Below the pieces are notes generated by a model. It was not told the origin of the DNA. It made no database searches and was given only the letters and a program-made list of their open reading frames with translations. Position numbers and translations under genes: made by a program. From assembly GCA_051294375.1 (NCBI GenBank), contig CM119270.1:15747845-15811844 (forward strand): DNA of 64,000 bases. Direction: 5' to 3'. The DNA is from Paraspadella gotoi (taxonomy: Eukaryota > Animalia > Chaetognatha). Positions 39,801-52,000 of the stretch are shown here, piece after piece (within the stretch, counting starts at the first letter, position 1; every line of letters starts with the position of its first letter).

Positions 39801-40978
39801 TATTTTCATAGCTAGAACTTATAAAATGAAAGAAAATTTCGCATTGTATAAAATAAAAAACAGTAAAATAACGAATTTCGTGTAAAGTTACAGATTTGAA
39901 AAGCCCTTATGTGTAACTGTCAGTTAAGAAGACATTCAAAAATGTCATCATTCCCATAGTTTAATAAACTTTTTTGACGACAGACTTCTTAACTATGCAG
40001 ATTTTTCTTCTATTCCATAGAGGGAGTTCAAAGAATAACACAAATGAGAAGAAAGTTTAACCTGCGTAAATGCGAGAATGAAAAAAAACATCTTTTGACT
40101 AACTATTCATTATGGAAAAATCTATTTTTTCATTCGTATAACAGAATACGTAGTAATTATAATAAACATTTTTTTAAACCTAATGAAAAAGAAAGGCAAT
40201 AAATAACCGAGTCAAAGAAGACACCTCATAGTTCCAAACTGGCAAAGCTTCACATAAATATTGTAATAAAAGTTGTTTATAAGGAAAGCAAAAGTAGGAG
40301 AGTTCATTTTCCACTGCACCAAACAGAAATCTTTAATCAAAAGAAAAAAATACAAAAGGAGAAAGAACGAAGTCATAGTTTGTGATGTTCTTCAAACGAG
40401 CAGTAAACTTGAATTGGTCCTCACTCTTCATGGTTTTCTTCCAAATTTCGACGTTAGTGTCGCTTATGTCGGTAGAAGTGAAACAAAAGTGAATCGATAA
40501 GTTGCGCGTAACTCGGAAACAAAGTCGATGAAATTAAATCATCGAAATAAAAAAAAATATTCAGAACTTGATTTTTAAACAAAGACATTTCCAAGAAATC
40601 TTGCAACGCTAACACAAAAAAACATATTCAATGGCTGCACATTATGAAAAGAGTCTGGTGCTCAATTATAGTCATATCAAGGGAATATTATCATGTACTA
40701 ATAGTTAAGTATTATAATTTTCAAGCTAGGAAACTAGAAGAAAGAAGAAATTTAGTTGACAAAAAGTAGTGAGCAGAATGTGGAGAAATTAAAAGCGTTT
40801 TTTTGATTCAGCGAGAAAACTTAACATCAATGGTCGATTTGAGGAGAATAGAACAGGCAAAAAAAAAAAAGAATTTTAACGAAATTATTATAAACGCCCT
40901 TTCGTTTTAGGCAAAAGAATAATTTAAAAAAACTAAGACGGTGAAAAAAAATTTGTAAATCGATTAAAAAATCCTTTA
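33343..40978 (+). repeat. Tandem duplication, copy 2 (~7.6 kb)
   Basis: Colinear with 25451-33317. Confidence 0.95.
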
Positions 40979-41794
40979 AAATTCTAAAAAAAATTGTCTT
41001 TCAAGTCCAGATTTGGGAATTTAAATCCTTTTTGATGACAAGATCAAAAAGTCTTGTGATAAGACAATGCATGTCATTCAAGTGACTAAACAAGAGACGG
41101 GAGTAATAATGATGTTCATAGATGAAATGATTGCGTCATTTTGATACAAATCGGAATTTTGAATCGAAAGTTTGAATCTGACAAGTATGCGAAGAGACTC
41201 GAACGCAGGACTTCGGGATTTGAAAGCCACGATCCGGCAATTGTCGCCAAAAGGGGGCAGCAGGTGATGCCTTGTCTTTGTACGTTACAAATGGTCGCTA
41301 CTTGAAAAGGGAATTATAAGAATTATCAAGTGAAGTAAAGAAAAAAATGCATTGAATTCATTACCGACTGTCGAAACAAATTTAGTTATTGACCCACTTT
41401 ATCCTTGATCTCCGAGGAAGTATTATACTAGTTATAATTCAAGCTTGTTCGAAGAGTTCATAATCATTGTTTGACCACGACAAACGAGCGATGTAAGAAG
41501 AGGTACGACGAGACGGTAAAATGGGCTAAAGGTTTAAATTCTTTCAGAGTTAAATTCTTCCAGAGGTAAATCTGGACGATTTGGTAGTTTAAAAATGTTC
41601 CGGTTGCGAAATATTTTCACAGAAAATACATAATCAATGAGCTTCCACTGCAAAAACAATTCGAACCATTGCGCAATTTCCGCCGTCACGTCGTCCAAAT
41701 AGCCCTTAAGCCCGGTCGGCCGTCCGCGACCCTGATCCGCTCACGACCCCCGCGCCCCCCCAGGGTTCCACCGAGCGCGTTAAAACTTGTCTCT

Positions 41795-42750
41795 ACTCAC
41801 CCGCGGAGAAAATGGAAGAAAAATCCTCCTCCCGCCCGTTCGGAACCGGTGAGAGCGAGAGCGAGAGAGAGAGAGCGAAAAAACTTTTTTGAAACGTTCG
41901 ATCCTTCAAAGACGCTCTCTCTCCCGGCGTCTTGGCGAATGAAGCCGACGTCTCTGGAAGAGGGGTGAGAGACTATTTGCTTCACTTCGATATATTGTTT
42001 TTTTGATTCCCCGGGCAGCGGTTATCAATTGTTAGTCTTTTATTTCGTAAGTTTTTTTTTGGGGGGGGGATGTGGCTTTGTAATCTCATTTGCATATGAC
42101 AGAGACCGAGTTTATAAAAAGTTGTGATCGGAGAATCGTCGATTCGTTGGTGGCGTGAAGGGCGTTGCCGTTGGCGAGCGCGTTGGCGGAACGAGTCGGT
42201 CGTCCGATGAGAGCGTCGAAAAAAATCAAAGGACTGAGGATGCAAGCAGCTTTCCCTGTGTCCACCATCTTGCCTTCTAAAGCGAAAAGGGTTCTGTCTC
42301 TCGATCTCTCTCTCTCTCGTTTCTTCTCTCCATCTCTTCGTCGCACTCGATTCTCTATTCGTTCTCTCTCTCCCTCCCTTGAGAACACGCGTCGTCCATT
42401 CGATTTACGCCTTTTGATTGGTTAGTTAGCTCAGTAGTATCTGATCATTGTCGAAAGTTACTCTGTACGTCAATATGAAGAAATTTAAGAATACATTTGA
42501 ATTTGATTGGTGGCGTTGAGTTTGCAATCAGCGAGCTGGTGTTTGATTGGGCAGCAGTGGAAAGACCAGATTGTAATTGGTCGGTGTTTTTCTGAAATTT
42601 TTTAGGAAACGTGTTCAAGATTGGCGCAATTCGCCGACGGACTGAAGCTTATTGGATAAATTGAGTGTCATATAATTGCCGAAATGTAAATTTTACTTAG
42701 CGATATTTGATAGGCGGAGGAAACCACATACAAACGCCATAATTGGCCGA
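41795..42750 (-). promoter_or_regulatory. Putative promoter with a CCAAT array and octamer, plus a non-coding first exon
   Basis: Seven co-oriented ATTGG (42417, 42506, 42546, 42576, 42620, 42651, 42742); ATTTGCAT at 42088; minus-strand Inr-like TCATTC near 41940 and donor gtgagt at 41800-41795; CpG-rich. Confidence 0.45.
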
Positions 42751-44335
42751 ACGGCAAACACGACGTGTTAAAGGCTAATCTCAACAAATGCGATCAGGAT
42801 TCGACTGACGCGGTTCTGCTTGACTGGCTGCTACCGTAGCAGGAGCGCGGAAGATGAGGAGAAAGAGAATAAGAGAAAGAGAGAGAGAGGGACTACAACG
42901 ACAACAAAAACGACGACGACGACGACAACAACAACAACAACAACAACTACAGCGAGAGAAGGAAGACGAGGACAACGACGACGACGACGACGACAACACT
43001 GAAGACGGTACTGTGAAGGGGAAGAGGGAAGAAGAACCTTCGCCTCAGACTCGGAATGGAGAGAGGAAAAAAAAGGAAGGGAAGAGAAGCTAAGCAACAG
43101 CGCGGCGGCGTCGGCGGCCTCGGCGGCGTCGGCAGCGGCGCCGCGCCGTTTCTGTTGTGCGTCGCGACGAAGGGAAAAATTATTAAGATGGAGGGAGACG
43201 CCGAGCTGTGGAGACGATGCGGGGCGAAAAAGAGGGAGAAATGAAAACTAGTCGTAGGCAGATTTTTTGAAAATTGGCTTTCGATAACGAAAACCGGTTA
43301 TTTGTTTTAAGAGTTGTGGGTTTTGTTTGTTTACAAGTGTATTTTGTATGTGTTAAAACTGTTATGTACAATATTATGGCCTCATTCCAGTGTTTCAAGA
43401 CTTTGAAAGAACAAAGTGAAATAAATATGATAATGACTTGTGTTAATTTTTAAGTATTCATATTTTCATATTATTGATTAGGGAATGTCACAGAAACGAC
43501 TTTTTTTATTTTTTGTTTGTTTTTTTGTTTGTGTGTTTTTTTTTTTGTTTTTTTTTTCTTTGATTGTCCTTTCTCTTTAGTTTATCTTTCAGTAATGATA
43601 TTAACTCGAATGCTGTATCATTGCTATACTAGAAAATACGGCTTCAATAAAATAGCGTATGACTACGTATTTAAATTGAATTAGCAAAAATGGTTCTCTA
43701 CAAAAAAATCCAATCAAGATTTCTGAATACTATTGAAAACACAAATTGGGAGACATTTAAAAAGAAATTAAAATTTCTTCACCATTATTTTTTTCGATTT
43801 TACTGAACAACTTTAATAACTTTAATGACTTTAATAACTTTAATAACTTTAAAACAAAAAAATTTGAATCATTAGTAAAATAATCAATTTTAATGACATT
43901 TTTTATAAAATATTCTCTTTTTTCTAAGATTGTTGTTGTTGCAAAGATTGTACAGATGGCACTGCTGAATGCAAATCATTTGAACTGGAGAAATGAACAA
44001 TGTCAAAGAGATAGACGAATTAAATAGATAAATCATTTTTTATAAGGAAATTATTCTAAAATATTTCCATAACACATAAATTAAATGAATTAACACATTA
44101 ACATGTTTAATGTTATTGTCATTAATAAAATAAATAATGAAACATAATATGCTAGAAAGATTTAATCCACTCTTTAAAGTATTAAAAATCATACATTTGT
44201 TTCCTTAAAAAGACTAACTACATATTATAATCAAACAAATATTTCTGGCTTTATAAGCATATACATACAGAGGTAACGAATACGTTAATTAATATAATTA
44301 AAAAGAGAAAATTTTTGTGGTTGATGACAGTTATG

Positions 44336-44500
<165 letters not shown>

Positions 44501-44770
44501 TAGAGAGAATGTTTTAAATTATGAGTGATCATTATTCTAATATTTCTTAACCTGCACTACGATGGAAATAGCTAATCCTTATAAATCTTTCTTCAAAACT
44601 TTTTAAAAATCCTATATACAGGCTCATTAAATAAAAAAAAATTAGCTCGAGATTGGTATTTTTATTCAATTATAAAACGACTCGGTTACTTAAAGTAATT
44701 CATAACCATTAACCATAGCATCCCCAGAAAGACTACCAAGAGCTCTGGAACCAATGGGAGCTGCTTCGAT

Positions 44771-45078
44771 TCAGTTGTATTTGGGATCGCAATAGTCCCA
44801 GTTGCCGTCGTGATTCCCGGGGACCTTGGAATCGGTCCAGCACCAGTTGCCTCGCTCGGGTTTGCCGTTGGTGCCGCAAACGCTGGTCGTTGAACAACAA
44901 TAGTCCCAGCCGCCTCTGTTTAGCCAAAATAGTGAAGTTTATAAGTTTATAAGTTTTCTCGAGGTACAAGGATTTCAAATGGGAGTGAAAGGAAAAGAGG
45001 TCTTATAATTCTTAACTGACTGACTATGATTTATATTTGATCTTTTCATTAGTTAAAAAATTCTCTGACGTTTATGTT

Positions 45079-45127
<49 letters not shown>

Positions 45128-46815
45128 CAACATCATAACAACTGGTGCAGTTGTCTTGAAAAAGCTTTTTTGTAACATTTTACCATCTTATTTTATGCTT
45201 CAATTTTAAACTCGTTGTGAAAAAAATTTGAGGCGAATAATTTAAATTTTTTTACATTTATTAGTTAGTTTATTGTCTCGGAGGCCTGGAAAAAAATTCT
45301 TATTAATATATATCAGGGTTCAGTGAGGCAATAAGCTTTTTACAGATCATTGTTCTTTTCTTCTTTTTTTTCAATGCTGAAATTTTTATTTTTTTATAAA
45401 TTTTAACTAGAAAAACTATAAAATGAAAAAAGGTGATTTTGTGGTTGTGAAAAAGTTTTTGAAATTCCAATTGCTCAGACACATACTCGAATGTCTATAT
45501 TTCTAAGATAAACTCAAATTTTTTTGACATTACATTTTTTAATAGAAATAATATATCTTCAAATGCAAGAATTTTTCTCAAATCCGGCATTGATAGGCAC
45601 ATAACTATTAACTAAGAAAGTAAGCAAGCTGGATAATTGGGAGTTGAAAAGGAAAAAAAGTCAGCAATTTTACTAGGGTAAAAAATATGAAGTAGCCATA
45701 ACTTGTGATTTATTCCCATTCGAAATCTTTATATATTTCCTTTTTTTCTTTCTTTTGATTTTTCTCCTTCCGCACCCGAGCACCTTACCCTTCCTTGTAG
45801 CACCATCTGTATCCAACACGGTTGCTTCCCAAAGTCTTGATGTTGCACTTTCCCATCACCTCGGGTTTTTCAGAGCAACTGGTGCATTCCATGTCGAGAC
45901 ACTTTACTCCTTTCGCCGTGTATTCTCCGCCCCATTCGTCACGAAGGCCCTGGTGAGGGACGCGCCAATTCCGTTTTCCTACTGGTAAATTAAAATAAAT
46001 ATATATATCAAATTAGTACAACCAATATAAAATTTATCCATTCATTTAATAACTAAGCTATCTTTCCCCTGACTTTGGACAGGCTGTGATGGGTTAAGGA
46101 CTCCATCACTCTTACAAGATAATAACATAGCACATACAGTATGGCCCAATGGTACTCTCCGTTAAGAAAAGCTTACTGCTCCTACCATATAGAAAACTTC
46201 AAATAATAAAATTTAAATATTAAATTAATTAGCATATTTTTTTCAATTTTTATATTTTTTTAAATATTTGTTTATTTCTTTTAATTAATGAACTTATTTT
46301 ATACAATTAAAATTTAAATAATTTATATCTATGTAAAATATTTTTTACGTAATTTTTTGAATAAAATATCTAAAAATTTAAAAAATGAGAAATGAGGACA
46401 CATTTAAATTGAAATGAAATGAAATTTAACAACATAGTTCCGCACGATATGTAGAAGTTAAATTGTAAAAGTCTCTAATCTTTTAATAAAGAGTTTGGTT
46501 TCTCTATCAATCCAATCGTTTAATGATTTTAAAGAAAAGTTTCAATTGTAAATGAAATATTCTTTCTCCGACGATGCAAAAAGTTTAAAGGGACAAGTAA
46601 GAATTTCGATAACCACTACTTTTTACCTTTTAGCCAATTATTTTTGTATATATACACTTTATCAAATGATTATTGTAAACCAATTAATAAAAGAAATAAA
46701 GAATTGAGTATCGAGATTAAAGTTAAACTTCCTCCTTACATAATATGCTATCTCCTGGGGTCGCGGCGACGATGACGGCGACGATCAGCAGAACGAAAGA
46801 AAAAGTCGACGACAT
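44771..46815 (-). CDS. Small secreted 10-Cys protein (137 aa); exons 46815-46740, 45981-45789, 44915-44771
   Basis: Spliced product MSSTFSFVLLIVAVIVAATPGDSILLGKRNWRVPHQGLRDEWGGEYTAKGVKCLDMECTSCSEKPEVMGKCNIKTLGSNRVGYRWCYKEGGGWDYCCSTTSVCGTNGKPERGNWCWTDSKVPGNHDGNWDYCDPKYN*. Both introns are GTAAGG..CAG with matching phases; signal-peptide-like N-terminus. Confidence 0.85.
46010..46135 (+). repeat. Dispersed repeat family A, longest copy (intronic)
   Basis: Matches ~16015-16082, 21995-22100 (inverted), ~24155-24195, ~55185-55255 and ~62695-62820. Confidence 0.75.
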
Positions 46816-48565
46816 TTTGAAATTCGGTTGGGTTTAATATTTTTTCTTTAACCCCAGAATCTCTTAAATACTTTTCTATCTTCGTCTTGTTTGTTGACAT
46901 TTGACTCAAGCTTATTCCCAGGGACAAAGTCTAAGATAATATTTTCCAAACAATTGTCCGAGGTGATTTTTAATTTTACCAGTAGAAATAGGAATAAAGC
47001 CTGTCAATAGGGTTGTCAAATTTATTAAGGGAGAATTTGAGGAACAACGCTTATTTTGTTCAAAATTTTTAGATTTTGCTGGAAAGTTGTCGGGAGAAAA
47101 ATGTTTATTTAACAATAAATTGAAGCCAAATCAGGCTAGCTCATATTAAACTTTTTTTAATGTTAGTATAGTAGTACATATGTTGTTAGTTGGAAAAAAC
47201 TACTATCATAATCTCTTTTGAACTAGATCGCGGAGCTGACTACTTGTGCCCTACTTTTTTGCGCCCTCCGTGTCCGACAAGCAGCAGCAGCTGAGCCTAG
47301 GAGCCCACAAAACACAACAAACAAAGCAAACGAGATATATATATATATATATAACAAACAAATAAATCCCAGTACTCGAATTTATAATTTAAAAACCAGG
47401 TTTTCAGATCCTGAATTGGTGACCTTCCTAAGAGTAAATCTGAAACTTTAAGTTAAAGCAAGGTCAAGGTCAATGCTACCGATCCAAGTTTTAAGCTTCG
47501 TTTCAGCTTCTCCGATGTGTAATTAATAAAAACTAAACAATTGTCTGTATTTTGCAATCTACGTAGACTAAAGATTATCGAATATAGATTGAAAAAAGTT
47601 TTACTATTCTTTATTAAGACCGAATACTGTGATTTCATACAATGACGATGAATAGTTACTAGTTCCAATTCCTATTTTCTAGAAATAATAAACAGGCGAA
47701 GGCGATAATCATAACAAATTTACGATTTTACTTACAAAACAATGAATCACATTTTGAGAATGCTCAATTCGTAAGCGTGGAAATGTTTATAGTTCAGGTG
47801 ATTATTTAATAACATTTGAAATAAATTTTCAGTTCCACAATTATACTCAAAATACGCAAGTTTTGCTTGTATTTCAACTTTCATATTTGAATATCTGAAT
47901 TCATAAATAATACTAAACTTTAACAGCCAAAGCAAAACTATATATTTCTATTGGAGACAAGACGATCCCAGCGCCAACCTTCACATCACAGCATTCAGAC
48001 GTTTTCACAACCACCGCGGATTCAGCCTTCGATTCACGATTTCGTGACCTCACAAAACCGAAAGATCGATTCTTGAGAAACGAAGAAACGATTCGCCAAC
48101 AGAGGGACGATCTGGCTCCTCTAATTCATCCTCTTATTCTCACTTCTTCTTCTTCCCCTGTTTCCTCTTTGTATCCTTCTTGCTTCTCCTTCTCCGTATT
48201 AGAACACAAGTCACACGATGCGGTGTTGACTGTTTTCTTTTAGCAGTCAAAACGAATCCTTGAAGATTTCGCTATTTCGCTTTTTCGTTTGCGACCAGTT
48301 TTACACAAGTGTTAATTAATCTCAGAGATTAAGGTTTGTCCACGGAATTCCTGCTTTTACTTCGTTTATTACACACACCCAGAGCCGAGAAAAGTTCGAA
48401 ACAGGTTTGAGCTCTCTCTCGATTTGGCAAACGACTTTTTTTCAGTATAATCAAAGACAATTTTTACAAGAACCAAATTTTCAAAAAACTGAGCACATCC
48501 GAAAAAAAAACACTGTGTGCGCCGATATAACCTACCTAAACCTTTACAAAAAAAAACAAAATGGC

Positions 48566-48744
48566 ATAATTTTACTTTCGCCTAGGTTAGGGAGGGGTTT
48601 CGAATTAGGGATAGTTTAGATATGGATTAGGGGTAGTTTGGGTTAGGATAATTCGGTAATTATTTTGTCATTTTTTAGTAATTAAATTGTTTCATATTAT
48701 TATTCAAAAAATGCCAGAATCCCTGTCGGCGAAAGTCAAATTAT
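48566..48744. mobile_element. MITE-like element with 17-bp terminal inverted repeats and a degenerate TTAGGG-like core
   Basis: ataattttactttcgcc (48566) vs ggcgaaagtcaaattat (48728): 16/17 complementary; internal ggttaggg/ttaggg/gggttagg motifs. Confidence 0.6.
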
Positions 48745-49012
48745 ATCAACAAAATCGTGAAATTGAATATATATATATATTATATGTATATATATGTATA
48801 TATTATATATACGTTACAGATTTCTAACTAAAGCGTTAGAACTTTTTTGACCCACAATTCACTTTTGAAGTTGAACCTATCGATCCAAGTTGGTTTTAAA
48901 CTTTAAATCGTTTCCTTCTAATTAATTGAACCCATAGCTATTCACTAAAATTTTAAAACGTTAAGAAAATGAAAACGAATTTCCACACTAAATTCCTTTT
49001 CCGTTTAGAAAA

Positions 49013-52000
49013 ATGAGTTTCGCGACGAAGACAAGGATCCTAACGGCGATCGTCGTAGTTCTTACGACGATTATTTGCGCGGAGGCAAAATCCACGAAGC
49101 GTATGGAGTGCTATCAATGCATCACCAGGAATCCCAGTTGGAAAAAAGGTAAGGTTCCTCTCGAGTAGGCTAAATTTAGTAAAATTTAAATGAAAATGAA
49201 GTTTATATGTTTACAAAGTTTTTTTTCGTACGAAGAATTATTTTGCTCTGGCAACAGCCGAGTTGCATGTGATGCCCATTGGGATGGGGCAACGTCACTG
49301 TTGGCTTTGGGCGCATCCGACCCTCAGTGACGCCTCCTATCACTGGCGCGGTTACCCCTTAATTGTTTACACCGTGCTATAACTTATAGTATAAGTAGAC
49401 GCGCGTCACTATTGTTTGATTTCTCTTGATTTCTACAGAAAGTTGCAAGTCTAACAAGGTAACCTGCACGTTGGGCTCCTTCTGCATGAAGTACAGTTTC
49501 GGAAACAGTCTAATCCTGAGAACTTGCGCGCCGGGAGGCACTCCGACCTACAACATCAAATCTGATAACATGTGAGTATTAAGGAGACCGAATTTGGTGC
49601 TCTTGAAATTCTTTACGTTAGAACATGACGGCGGCTTGACGGCCCCACTTACTGAGGAAGTCTGTAACTGTGTTCTTTTCATGCCCGCCTTCCGACGAAA
49701 ACGACAAAAGTTAACTTAGGAGACAAATTCTTTACAACTTTATTGGCGATAAGGTCTAAATTTTACTTTTTCTGACCCTTTCAACCCTAACTACCTCTAA
49801 CTCTAAACCAAACTTAACCCTAATCCCAACCAAACCTCGGTCGGCGCAAGTAAAAATAGCCCGGCGATTTGGCATATTGCTACTCCAAAAAAAAACAGTA
49901 GAAATAGGCTTTCAGATGGATTTGTCTTTGGTCTTAATTAAGTTTTTTTTTAAATTTAGAAACCAGCAGAAACGACCAGTGAATCTACGAATTACGATAT
50001 CTGACCTGAGATCTAACGAATCTTGAGAGAAAAAAAATAGGGAATGAGATAAGACACAATGAAAAATGGCGTAACGTTACTGTTCCGTGCATAAAAAAAT
50101 TCACTGTTCAATATTATTATATTTCTTTTTATTTTTTGAAACGTTATAGTTTCATATGTTGATATCCAAAATATCAATGCAAAATCTTTTTTTGTTTTTT
50201 AGATATGACTGAATATAGGGTGAAAGATGATAAATTTTTTAAAAAAGTTACTTATTCATATTTATTCATAGAATTGTAATAGAAAAAAAAAAATAATAGT
50301 ACTAATAGTTAGTGTTATGTCTCAAATAGATGGAAAAAAAACCTCATTTAAAAATTCGATCGGGAAGTGGGGTAACTAAGGCTTACCAATGGCATCCTCC
50401 ACGCCGATTGTTCTCTCAAATAAATTTTTTTATTTAATACATTTGAAAGGGAAAAAAAGAAAATTTAGAATGCAGGTTGCAGAAAGGGTACAGATAATCT
50501 GGACTTTTTGACATGATAACCATGACCTTTTATATCTTGTGAAATGGGGGCAGTAAAAAAATCTAAAAAATTTCATCATTAAGTCAGTCAATGAACCCTT
50601 TCAATGGGCTATTACGAGAAATATTTTTTCTTAATTAAAATGGATGATAAATAATAAAATTAAATTCCTTGCTATATTTAAAAAAAAATTATCAATACAA
50701 TTTAACATAATGATGTTTTGCTTTGTCAAATATGTTACCAGCTATATAATTTTTTACAACTTTATTATGATAAACAAGCAGTGTGTCAAGCTTTTAGTTT
50801 GCAGCTAAAGATAATGAAAAATAACGATTTTTTTTCACAGACAAGAAGGTAGATGTCCAGACTGTTTATATCAAGCTGAAAACATTTTTGTATTTATCAT
50901 TTTTAATATTTAAAAATACATTTTATCAAGCTACAACATAAATTTTTGCTTGTTTTTTACTTTAACTGAAAAATATAAGCAATTTTATGGAATAAAGAAA
51001 ATTTAATAATAAACAAAATGTAATTCAGTCTTTCCTTTTTCAAATTACAAAAGAAAAGAAAAAATTTCATATGCCTTCATTGAAATTTTTAAAGCAAAAA
51101 ACTGTTATACTTTTAACTCTGATTTAAACAAAAGCTGTGTAAAGATTTATGGATTTAATTTAATAAAACTCTTTTTGAAAGGTGTCCCATGATTAGGGCT
51201 TTAATTTGATACCACATCCACCTTGCTACCTCTTTTCTTTCAAAAGTTATTTAAAAAAATAACTCTTTTTAAATTACGCAGTACAAATCTTTGTTAAATA
51301 AAAATTTCGGCAAAGCGGGAGTATCTCACTTATTTCTATTGGTACAATACTTAAATTTCAAAATAAAACTTGAAGAAAATTTTTTGTCATTTAGAGAAAT
51401 ATCATTTCAGATGTACCCATCGTATAATAATTTATTTATTTATTTCCCCCAAAAAGCCTAATTAGAAAAGTTGAAATTTTTTCAAATTGTTGGAAAAAAA
51501 ATTTTGTCCGACCTATTCTCATTGAGAATAATGGTTTTGCATAGAAAATCAAAATATCAAAAAAATAAAAAAATCAGCCTCTAAAAAAATCGAAAGGCTA
51601 GAGGCTGATTTTTTTAGAATTGCAAAAATTTTTTCCTGACTCATAATCCATTTTTCTCAGTTTCAAAATATTTTTTCCAAAATCATTCAATCAATTTTTT
51701 TTTATTAATTTAAAATGTTTTTATGATGTTGTTTTTGTTTGAAAGAATTGAAAAAAAGTGAAAAATATAGTAATTATATAAGGTTTTTGAAAATACTTTT
51801 AAAATATTAAATAATTAGACACAAGGGGAGTAAGCAGAGAAAACTTCCCATTCATAAAGAAAATTGAAAATGAATTTGTCATATTGTTATTTAGATTAAT
51901 TGACTATTTACAAACAAATGATTCATATAAATTGAGGAACTGATGGGTAAAAAATATTCATCTTGGTCTCGGTTAACTATTAAGTTATCGTTAAAGTTTT

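Noticed and set aside
42780-43244. Short + strand ORFs in a CpG-rich (GAC/AAC)n region
   Set aside because: Low complexity, no domain or convincing splice pattern; may be UTR or ncRNA.
51567-51615. ~17-bp-stem hairpin followed by T-run, like a rho-independent terminator
   Set aside because: Eukaryotic intron; more likely a transposon remnant with no further support.
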